Shown: one piece after another, positions 54,060-64,000 of the stretch
Layout of the letters: every line of letters starts with the position of its first letter
Position numbering within the stretch: position 1 is the first letter of the stretch
Assembly (NCBI GenBank): GCA_028534125.1
Contig: CM052832.1
Coordinates: forward strand, 8,556,001-8,620,000
Origin: Lama glama
Taxonomy: Eukaryota
Direction of reading: 5' to 3'
Length of the DNA stretch: 64,000 nt
Program-made: the position numbers and the translations under genes
Notes under the pieces: model-generated
Seen by the model: only the letters and a program-made list of their open reading frames with translations
Database searches by the model: none
Told to the model about the DNA's origin: nothing

Positions 54060-57000
54060 ATGCCCAGCGGCTGCCGCTGCCTACATCTCGTGTGCCTGTT
54101 GTGCATCCTGGGGGCACCCGTTCAGCCTGCCCGAGGTGAGTGCTCCCCCACGCTCGGGTCCCGGCCCTGTCCGGCCGTCCCTCACTTGCACGTTGACCTC
54201 TGCAGGCCAGAGACGGCACTGCAGCCGCTCCGACTCGCTGGATCGGCGACACCCAGGACGTCCTATTGAAATGCAATGAGTCTCAGTTCTACCCTGCCCC
54301 AGAGCTGAGCCCACCCTATTGCTGGGACCCTGCATCTTTTCCCGACCCCTGCATCTCAGACGAACCCTGACCCCGGGTTCACTCCTCCCACATCAATCTC
54401 TTGCAGCCGATGACTGCAGCTCCCACTGTGACCTGGCCCACGGCTGCTGTGCTCCTGACGGCTCCTGCAGGTACCTTTCCTGAGCACGTGCTCCCAATCC
54501 CTCTGCATTTTCTGGGCCTCCACACCCCCAACCAGATCAGGCCCCAGAGCAAAGTGACTAGGGGCTTAAGACTCTGCTGCTCATTCCCTATAACGTCAGG
54601 TACAGGGCACAGGGCACAGGACAAATGGCCAGCCCTGCACCCGTCCCCCACCTCCAGTTCCTCTTTGCCTTGCCTCTCCTTTGCCTCTTTTAGCTTATGG
54701 CTTCCCACGTTACTCTCCCAAGTCTGACCTAGGAATTCTGCAACATTCCTCTTCAAGACACCAACAGAAAGTCCTAAAGCTTGAGGAAGTTTAGAAATTA
54801 GAAGCCATGAGGAAAGGGGGAAATAAAGGAAAGCTACATTGAGACTTGGTTTAGCCTGGAAAAGAAAGGCTGTTGCGAGGGTTGCTGGGGAGAAACACTT
54901 GTGAAAGAGGGTCTGTCTTGATGAATTTGAGTAATTGACTCACTGGGGTTGGGGGTGGGCAAACTCTGTAGCAGGAGGAACGTGTATCTGGACACAAGGA
55001 AATGAGCTGACAGGGCAAGCTGCTGGAGAGTCTGGGGGTGCATGGGATGCTCTGAAATACATTGGTCTTTGCCCTGGAATCAGGGTGGGAAGATAGTTCT
55101 GATGACCTTTCAAGGTCACTGTTTTTACAAGACCTTTCTAAGCATCTCAGACAGGCCAGGAATGGTGCTGGGGGCACTTACAGAAATCATCTTAATTTCT
55201 TCCTCAACACATCCCTCCAAGGTGTATCCCAGTTTACACATGAGAAAACTGAGTCTCAGAAAGGTTAGACAAAGTGCAGAACCAGGACTTGATTGCTGGT
55301 GTCTGATGGTCTGATTCCATATATGTGTCCTGTGACCCTGCACAGCCCTCTATCTACCTGGGGTAGGCCTGCTTTCCCTTAGGGGCTGTCACGTTTGTCT
55401 CCTGTTACCCAGAGACTCTGATCTTGCCTCCTCCATTTCCTCACATCCCCCGACCCACAGCCCTGACCCTGTGCTTCTCCCCATCAGGTGTGACCCAGGC
55501 TGGGAGGGGCTGCACTGTGAGCGCTGTGTGAGAATGCCTGGCTGCCAGCATGGTACCTGCCACCAGCCCTGGCAGTGCATCTGTCACAGTGGCTGGGCAG
55601 GCAAGTTCTGTGACAAAGGTAGGGGAGTAGAGAGGATATCTGTGGGGCTGGGGGCTCCATGTGTTTTGGGAGAACATCAGTCCTTATTTACTGAGCACCT
55701 CTTCTGTCCAGCTCAAACCTTCAGATATATGGTATTTTATAACTACAGACTTTACACCTATCTGTTGTCTGAATTGGTCCTCAACACAATCCTGCATGGC
55801 AGGCAAGGCAGCTGCTGAAAATTGTACTCATGTTACAGATGAGGAAACAGCTCCACAGATGAGATACAACATGCCCAAAGTCACTTTGAGCCAGACTGAC
55901 AGTGCCAGGGCTGGGCACCTCCTGACTCCAAATTCAGTGATGATGTTTTCCCCCACTACATCCGTACCAGCCCAGGATGGGATTGTAGCACAAGCCACAC
56001 CCACAGAGCTTTGGGTGGGGCCTGGGCAGGTCAGGGTGCTATCCCAGAGCCCTCCTGGTCTCCTCTCCAGATGAACACATCTGTACCACGCAGTCCCCCT
56101 GTCGGAACGGAGGCCAGTGTGTATACGACGGGGGTGGCGAGTACCACTGTGTGTGCCCATCAGGCTTCCATGGGCGTGACTGCGAGCGCAAGGCTGGACC
56201 CTGTGAGCAGGCCGGGTGAGTGCAGGTCCCAGGTTAGATGAGAATCTGGTGACACGAGGGAGAAGGGAGGATTGTTGAGAGGGTGGTGGTGAAGGGTTAG
56301 GGGTAAGGGTCTTGGAGGCACCCGAGGATAAAACCCCAGCCTGCCAAAGTATCCCTCGGGTTCTTAACTTTCTTGGTACCATTTGACCCATTTCTCCAAC
56401 AAAAATCTACAGGGGCTGGGGGTGTAACGCATCAGTGTGTGACTGCCCCGGTTGGGAAGGCTGAGGACCTGGGTCTCCCCTCATCCTCCCAGGATCTTGT
56501 TCCACACAGCAGCCTTTATGCCTCATGGTGAACGAAGAAATGGCCTGCAGGGCTGGACTTGTCCCTCAAACTTCCACCGCAGACCTGAGAGCCTGTGAGG
56601 ATAATAATAGTACACTTGCCTTGAGCCTTGTCTCTTGGTCAGGCCCTCTGCTACATGCTTAACTTCAGATTATCTCGTTTAACCCTCACAATTTGGGAAG
56701 CTGGGTACTGCTCTTATCCCATTTTTAAAATGAGGCATTTGAGGCTCAGAGTGGCTCAAGGTGACACAGCTGGAGGTGATCAGGATGTTGACCTCGGCTA
56801 CCCTGCAGGTGGAAGTCAGTAAAATGCCCTCTCCCACCCCACCCAGGTCCCCGTGCCGGAATGGTGGGCAGTGCCAGGATAACCAGGGCTTTGCCCTCAA
56901 CTTCACGTGCCGCTGCCTGGCGGGCTTCGTGGGTGCCCGCTGTGAGGTAAACGTGGATGACTGTCTGATGCGGCCTTGTGCTAATGGCGCCACCTGCCTG

Positions 57001-57582
57001 GATGGTATTAACCGCTTCTCCTGCCTCTGCCCTGAGGGCTTTGCTGGACGCTTCTGCACAGTCAACCTGGATGACTGTGCCAGCCGCCCATGCCAGAGAG
57101 GGGCCCGCTGTCGGGACCGCGTCCATGACTTTGATTGTCTCTGCCCCAGTGGCTATGGTGGCAAGACCTGTGAGCTGGTCTTATCCATCCCAGATCCTGC
57201 CACCACAGCAGACATCCTCCCAGCGCCCACCTCAGCTGTGGTGGTACCTGCCACCAGGCCTGTCCCCCACAGCGCAGGGGCCGGTCTGCTGCGCATCTCT
57301 GTGAAGGAGGTGGTGCGGAGGCAAGAGGCCGAACTGGGCGAGTCTAGCCTCGTTGCTGTGGTGGTGTTTGGGGCCGTCACTGCCATCCTGGTCCTGTCCA
57401 CAGTGTTGCTGATCCTGAGGGCCTGGCACCGGGGTGTCTGTCCCCCTGGACCCTGTTGCTACCCTGCCCCGCACTATGCCCTGGCACGCCAGGACCAGGA
57501 GTGTCAGGTTAGCATGCTGCCAGCAGGACTCCCCCTGCCGCCGGACCTGCCCCCCGAGCCTGGGAAGACCACAGCACTGTGA
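54060..57582 (+). CDS. DLK2: Delta-like non-canonical Notch ligand 2 (EGFL9), complete, 383 aa
   Basis: Exons 54060-54135, 54407-54470, 55488-55618, 56071-56215, 56847-57582 total 1152 nt. Signal peptide MPSGCRCLHLVCLLCILG, six EGF repeats, TM LVAVVVFGAVTAILVLSTVLLIL, tail ...PEPGKTTAL*. Confidence 0.97.
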
Positions 57583-57713
57583 TGGAGGCGGGGGCTTTCC
57601 GGCCCCCTCCTTCACCTCCTGCACTGCTCAGACTGGAGTGGTCCTTTCTTACCACCCCTCAGCTGGGATTCACACACTGGGGCACCTCAGCCTCACACCA
57701 GAAATGTTATTTT

Positions 57714-57719
57714 TTTAAT
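57714..57719 (-). terminator. ABCC10 polyadenylation signal ATTAAA
   Basis: TTTAAT on the plus strand, about 300 nt past the ABCC10 stop. Confidence 0.6.
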
Positions 57720-57748
57720 ACACAGAATGTAAGATGGGAATTTTATCA

Positions 57749-57754
57749 AATAAA
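57749..57754 (+). terminator. DLK2 polyadenylation signal AATAAA
   Basis: About 165 nt after the stop. Confidence 0.75.
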
Positions 57755-58022
57755 ACCATGGAAGTGCATGTGGGCTCCTTTGCCAGAAAAATCCACCTGA
57801 AGTCCCAGATGCAAGAGGGCCAGAGCACAGACCTGCTTCTAAGGAAACTATGGGACTCTGCCCCCCAAGAAGGAGTGGTTTTTAAGGAGGAACCCAGGTT
57901 ACCCCTTTCTCCTCTGTGGAAGGGAAGGAGAGGTAGAGCCACAAAGGAGAGTGTAAACAAGCAGCCCTGCACAGTCCAGCAGTGGGAGCACAGAGGGGCC
58001 TGCAGGGCGAGGACGCGGGGCC

Positions 58023-61000
58023 TCAGGGAGAGGAGCGGGCTGCCTGCTGGCTGCTCTGCAGCAGCTGCTGAAACAGTGAGTGGGGCCGGCTGCGCAGGGC
58101 GGCCGGGGAGTCCAGCTCCACGACCCTCCCTGCTTGCAGCACCAGCACCCGGTCTGAGTTCAGGATCGTGTTGAGCCTGTGTGCGAGAGGGTGGTTAGTG
58201 TGGGATGGAGGACAATGCCCTAAAGAAGAAAGCTGACCTGCTTTTCCTCCTCTCCTCCCCTGGACAGTACCGGGCTGCCCCCCTAGGCATCAGCCCCCAG
58301 GCTCTGCACTGGTAGGGGTGGGGCTGCAGATTCCCTCAGACAGTGTGCTACAAAGGGCCTGGGTCAGTGTCTAGAGAATGAGGAGCTGAGCTTCATGGAG
58401 GCTTGGACTTTCTAGAGCCCTGACCCCTAGGGTCCCTGAAAGGAAGGGAGGCCCTGGGTCCCTGACACCACAGCCCCCCATCAGATTCTCACTCTGGACG
58501 CTTACACACCTGTGTGCAATGGTCAGCACTGTCTTGTTGGCAAAACGCTGGCAGATGGTCTGCTGGAGCAGTTGGTCTGTCTTCTGGTCCACGCTTGCTG
58601 TGGCCTCATCGATACACAAGATCTGGAACATGTGGAGAAGGTTAAGGAGGAGGAGGAAGAAGAGAGTTAGCTTTGGCTGCTACCCAGGTACCAGCCCCTA
58701 CCTGCCAGCCTGGCCCAGGCGAGCCCACAGCTCCCTACCTCCAGCTCTAAAAGGAAAACTAACTTGGTCCCTTGAGACCTCTCCCCAGCCCACTTCCTCG
58801 TGCCTCACCCCTGACATGTCCCCTGCCTCCTTCCTGGCCCTCTTGAATGTCCCTTCCTCTTATCTTACCTTGGCATCCGTGAGGAGAGCCCTGGCCAGAC
58901 ACAGCAGCTGCCTCTGCCCCAGAGATAAGCTCCGGCCCCCCTCGCCCAGCTCACCATCCAGACCACCTGCAAAGCACAGCATCTTCACCCTCAGGTTCTG
59001 GGCCACCCTCCCACCCGCTTCCTGCTCACTCCCTTTGCCACCATGCAGGCTAGGACCTAGCACTCACCCAAAGATACGATCACCTCACTCAGGTGGCACT
59101 GCTCCAGGGCCTGCCACAGGGCCCTGTCCTCATACAGGCCCCGGGGGTCTAGGTTTTCCCGAACAGTCCCACTGAACAAAAAGGGCTCCTGGGGGATGAT
59201 AGCCAGCTGGGATCTGGGGGATAAGGAGAGGGCAGGACATGGGGTCTAGCCTGGAGGCGTGGCCACTTCTGCTCCCAGGGCAGGTTTTAGCTATAGGACC
59301 AGCACCTCAGGAAAGCTCAGGGATAAGACCTGAACACAAACCCCACTCTGCTCCCCAGTTGTCAGCCATGAACCTAGAATTGTGCCAGCACTATGAAACC
59401 AAAGGCCTAGACTCTGCACTTAAGGAGCTTACATTTCACTGAGGGACAAAAAATAGAACAAGCATGAGCTAAACTGTGTGGCACTAACTCCAGTGGGGCA
59501 GCAGTGGCTGGCAAGGAATGACCAGAGGGTTTGAATGGGTAGGGGATGCTTCAAGGTTGGAAGCGGGTCTAGAATCGGGTCCCGAGGAGCTATATGGTCA
59601 GGCTATAACATAAGGCCAGCACAGGTTGAGAGACGGAAAGAAGGACAGGGCCAGGGTTGGGATCAGTAATGGACTTTAGGACAGAGCTTCCCTACCTTTT
59701 TCATGCCTTGGAACTCAGGGAAAATGATACTGGGGGAATGTGGTTGGTGAGGGGCGGGGGAGATATTTAGCTCCAGGTGAGGCCACCTGTGGCCAGGTGC
59801 AACTGGCCCAGGTCTCCAGCTGTCCCAAGCACCGCCTGCCGAGCTCCAGGGCACAGCGCCTGGGAGGCTCTGATTCAGGAGGTGATGACTGATGGTCCAG
59901 AGCGTATGCTGGGAAGTACAAGATGAAACTGGAAAGGTGGGCCTGGGTCGGACTGACAGTCTTAAGACCATAGCTATGAATTTGGACCTGAGCACTGGGA
60001 GCTCGCTTTCCTTGCCTGCTTGTCCCATTCTCCGTCCCGCCTTCTGATTGGCCCTGGCTGCTCTGACGTTATATAAAGCCTTCCTCTGACTTTATATAAA
60101 GGTCCTTCCTCTAAGTGCCAGTAGTCTGGTCCCCTCTCCTCCCTCCCTCAGACCTGAGCTCAGCCAGCTCCAGCTGGCTGGTGTCCACGCCATCCAGCAG
60201 CACTGTCCCAGAACTGGGCTCCAGCAGCCGGAAGAGCACCAACAACAGGGAAGATTTGCCAGAGCCCGTGCGGCCCACGATGCCCAGCTTCTCTCCAGGC
60301 TGCACGCAGAAGGTCACCCCATCCAGGGCGTTGGGTAGCCCTGGCCGGTATACCAACACCACATCCTGGAACTCCACGCTTCCCTGGGTCAGCCAGCCGA
60401 TGCCCAGCTGGTGGGGTCCGTGGGTGGGAGAGGGAGGGAGATGGATGAGATGGGGAAGAATGAGGGACTGGGGGCTTAGATGGTGGAAGGAGGGGAGGGT
60501 AACGAGTAATGTATGGTGTGAGAGGAGAGGTGGCGGGAATGAGGACGGTGCAGGAGGAATGGAGCAGGCGGACACAAAGATGAAGGACACTGAGAGGAAT
60601 TGGGAGGTCACAGGGGACAAGAGAGGAGCTGAGAAAGGTGGTGAGGGGCACAAGGAACTGGAGGAGAGGCTGGGCCATCAGGAGGGTCCTGCAAGGTCCC
60701 AGTACCCAGGCTGGGGTGGGGGCGCAGACTACCTGTGGCCGCCGGCCCTGGGGCTCCTGGGGCAGGTCACAGGAGTACTCCTCCAGCCGCTCGACGCTCA
60801 CCAGCATGGCTTCTGTCTGCGTGAAGCTGCTCACCAGGCCTGAGAGGAGGCCCGTCAGGGACAGGGCGTAAGACAGCGACAGGCCTACAAGTCCTGGGAG
60901 AGGGAAACACCAGCACTAGGGGAGGCTTGGATGCTGGGATGCATGTGGGGAGGGCTGGGGCGCAACAGGAGAATCCTGAGCTGTGGATTGTGAGCATTTA

Positions 61001-62209
61001 AAGGAAGCCAGCATTGAAGCAGGAAGATGCAGAACCCAGACCAGCCCACAGGAGGCCAATGCAGGGGAGTGGGGTGACCTGGAGAGCCTACAAGGGAGGA
61101 CAGGTGGGAGGCAGGTGGGCCGGGTGGGGCGCCGAGTGCAGGGGACAGGGTGAGCAAGTAAGGGGAGATCAGATTTGTTCTAGCCCCAGATCCACCACCA
61201 CCTGGGAGAGGGACTCCTTGAGACTCAGTTTCCTCAGCCCTAAAATGGGGGTGATGAGAATGACAACACATCCTCACAGGGAACCCTGGGTGCAGGGTGA
61301 AAATGTTGGAGGGACAGTGCAAGTCACCGGCAGGGACTGGGAGTGACCAGCTTCTGAGGTGATAGTGAAGGGTCCTGGGGTGACACCTGGGTTGGCAAGG
61401 CCCTGCTGGTGCTGCACCAGGGCGATGCCTGCGATGGCGCTGACCACTGCGGCCCCCATGAGCTGTAGCCGAATGTCCAGCCACTGCATTGTGGCACTGG
61501 CAGCAAACTGGCACCTCTGGTTTAGGTCCAGGAGTCTCTGGTTCTCCTCCTCAAACCTGGGGGAAGTCATGCCATGGTTGCACTGACCCGCCCAGACTCC
61601 TTCCCTGCAGAAGGCATACTCCTGGGAGCTGACCTGCACCCCCACAGGCCTTACCTCAAGAGGAGCCAATGTGCTCTTTCATAGTGGGTCTGCTCTGTCT
61701 CAGTGTCCCTTTTTTCTGTTTCTTTCCTCTCTTCCCTAGTGCCCTCACCCACACTCCCCTTTTCAGGAGACCTGGAACCCCCCTTCCTCTCAGTGGTCCC
61801 TCTCCTCCCCATTCCCCGCACCTCCACCCACAGGGCTCTGGTCAGAAGAGGCAGACCTCACATACCTGTAGGAGGCCCCGGCGGCCCGCAGCACAGGGAG
61901 GCCAGCCAAGGTGTCGGCCAGGTGGGTGTAGAGGGGAGACAGTGTGAGGCTGCCCAGGCGCCGCAGCTCCCGTGAGGAGGCCCTGTAGCGGCGCTGCACG
62001 CGATAGTAGATGATGCTCAAAGGCGGCAGCAGCAGCAGCAGCCAGGGCAGGCCAGAGCCCAGCACAGCCAGGAGGCCCAGCAGGCCTGCTGCGTTGGCCA
62101 GGAGGATGTTGAGGATGAAGGGCAGGCTATCATCTGTACAGGCCACGTCAGAGGAGAAGCGGTTGAGGACCCGGCCCGTGGGCGTGGAGTCGAAGAAACT
62201 CACCGGCGC
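58023..62209 (-). CDS. ABCC10: ABC transporter MRP7, last eight coding exons (end of TMD2 and NBD2); gene continues beyond the window
   Basis: Exons (minus) 62209-61866, 61556-61387, 60893-60733, 60407-60154, 59213-59068, 58966-58869, 58622-58510, 58176-58023 are in frame. FFDSTPTGRVLNRFSSD, Walker A GRTGSGKS, Q-loop IIPQEPFLF, signature LSLGQRQ, Walker B ILCIDEATA, H-loop TIAHRLNTI. Confidence 0.96.
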
Positions 62210-62619
62210 CTGGGAGAAGGGGTCAGGTGGTTGGGCAAGGGCAGGGCCTGGTGGAAAAGAGGTGGGGGCAGGCCTGGGGGCAAGGTGGGCTCAGGAGAAA
62301 GGCCCAAGGTTGAGAACAGGAAAGGCGTAAGGTGTCCCCAGAGTTTGCGGGCACAGAGGAGGGGCTGGTGGAGCTTGGAGGAAGAATACCCCAGGGTGGG
62401 AAAGACAGACTCTCCCATCCTTCTGGCCAGTGGTGACCCCGAGAGGCCAGGCCGGCCATCCCTCTACCTCCGTGCTAGATGTGCTACTCCCTCGGCAAGA
62501 GCAGGGAGCTAACCTCTCTCCAGAAGATGGGGCTTCAGGCCATGAGTGAGATTTAATTGGATGTCAGGAGGAACATCCTGATTGCCTGTGGCTGGAGAGA
62601 GTGGCGAGGGCAGTGGTCT

Positions 62620-62890
62620 AAGTCAGCACTCATGGTTAAGCGCTCAGGCTCTGCAGTCGGACTGCTCCTTGGATTCTAGCCCTGCCACTCACCAGACGTG
62701 AGACCCCAGGCAAGGGGCTTAATCTCTGCAAGGCTCCTGTCCTTCATCTCAAAAAGGGGGACAGTAATGGAACTGCACCTCACGGGGCTGACAGCAGGAC
62801 TGAAGCCAGAAGCCACATAGACACCAATCAGGAGCTTAGCACAGTCTGCCTACCACAGAGTCAGTGTGCAGTCACTGCGAGCTATTTAGA
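62620..62890 (+). mobile_element. MIR SINE (other MIR fragments at about 22780-22930, 26535-26640, 39200-39420, 55130-55310, 55680-55930, 56600-56790, 61200-61290, 63140-63400)
   Basis: MIR core motifs such as CTCAGTTTCCTCA / CTTCATCTGTAAAA and ACAGATGAGGAAAC; boundaries approximate. Confidence 0.65.
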
Positions 62891-63736
62891 CTACTTACTA
62901 TTGGGAGGTACAGTCTCAAAGACAACCCTTTCCCTTTCCCTGCCTTCCCCATCCCCCAACTCTCTGTCTTTACTTGGAGCACAGTCCTATCTTAAGGCAA
63001 AGCACCAGGTCAAAGGACTTGCTAAAACACCTCCTAATGCCAGCTTATGAGAAATGAATTCCTTCACAGCCTGAAACGTGGGCAGACAGTGGGCAGCTGC
63101 CCCCTGAGAGGCAAGGGAAAGACCCGTGTGGTGCTGAGTTCACAGCCTGGCACTCCACAGAACCAGCCCTGCCCAGGTCACTTACACTCTGAGTCTGCTT
63201 CTTCATCTGTAAAACAGGGATAACAGAACCCACCTCACAGGGTTGTAATGAGGCCTCAATAAGAAAATGGACAAGAAAGGGCTTTGTAGTAACAACATCG
63301 TTAAAAACAACTGCTAACTGAGCACGTAGTTATGTGCCAGGCACTATCCTAAGCATGTTTCATGTACTGATTAATCCTCATAATGAACTAAGGGGTAAAC
63401 AACCGACTATATAAACACATAGCAACAGGGATGGATTTTAGAAAGAGCTCTAAATAAAAACTAAGAAAAGGAATGTCATTTATAAAACTGCATGCACACA
63501 AAACATAGGCATTCTGCAAAGAGACAAACGAAAAGATACACATTAACGCAACTAGAACGGCTGCTTATCAAGGAAAGGAGGGGAAATGAAAACAGGGTTT
63601 GCAGATTAAAAGGGATGGGTCAAAAAAATAAAACAAAAAAGGGACCTTGCATGAACTAAGGGGTGATTAACTCAGCCCTCTGTGCTTGAAGTCCAAACCG
63701 GAAGTGACTCAGGAAGAGTCTCTTCTCCCCCTTTAT

Positions 63737-63923
63737 TTTTTTTTTATTTTTTATTTGTTTTAAGACAAGTAGTTCTTTTTTTAAATGAAGCTTATTTTTT
63801 GCTGGGGAGAGGTAATTAGGCTTATTTAGTGTTTATATACACTTAGAGGAGGTAGTGGGGACTGAACCCAGGACCTCATGCATGCTAAGTATGTGCTCTA
63901 CCACTTGAACTATACCCTCCACG
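63737..63923 (-). mobile_element. tRNA-derived SINE (camelid Vic-type), long form
   Basis: Reverse tRNA-like head GGAGGGTATAGTTCAAGTGGTAGAGCACATACTTAGCATGCATGAGGTCCTGGGTTCAGTCCCC, CCTAATTACCTC extension, A-rich tail; 16-bp TSD TCTTCTCC(C/T)CCTTTAT at 63721-63736 and 63924-63939. Confidence 0.85.
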
Positions 63924-64000
63924 TCTTCTCCTCCTTTATAGATGAGAAAGCTGTGGGCTTAAGTAACTGGGTTTGAACCCAGGCAGCCACTTAGCTCTCA

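Noticed and set aside
53115-54276. Long overlapping ORFs (167-242 aa) at the DLK2 CpG island
   Set aside because: GC-content artefacts with no recognisable domain.

Overview
Mammalian genomic DNA, probably camelid judging by two tRNA-derived Vic-type SINEs. It is syntenic with human 6p21.1, read in the opposite orientation. Gene order: 3' part of XPO5 (+), POLR1C (-, complete, 346 aa), YIPF3 (+, sharing a bidirectional promoter with POLR1C), LRRC73 (+), TJAP1 (-, 556 aa), DLK2 (+, complete, 383 aa) and the 3' part of ABCC10 (-). I reconstructed exon chains by hand from splice sites and reading-frame continuity. Four of the five N-gaps hide coding exons. The rest is introns and intergenic DNA with MIR, L2, L1, MER20, a hAT MITE, a MaLR LTR, an ERV solo LTR and an ERV-internal remnant. 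I see no new gene system. The most notable observations are: (1) a U12-type XPO5 intron with rare AT-AT termini and a second U11 site inside it; (2) a candidate divergent first exon at the LRRC73 CpG island pointing antisense through YIPF3 toward POLR1C; (3) a probable poly(A)-tailed retrocopy in an LRRC73 intron carrying a perfect RFX X-box; (4) a GC-box/CCAAT/double-TATA promoter-like cassette in an ABCC10 intron; (5) a GC-AG alternative donor that removes a Cys from DLK2 EGF2; (6) overlapping convergent 3' ends. Gene and repeat family names come from recall of known sequences, not database searches.
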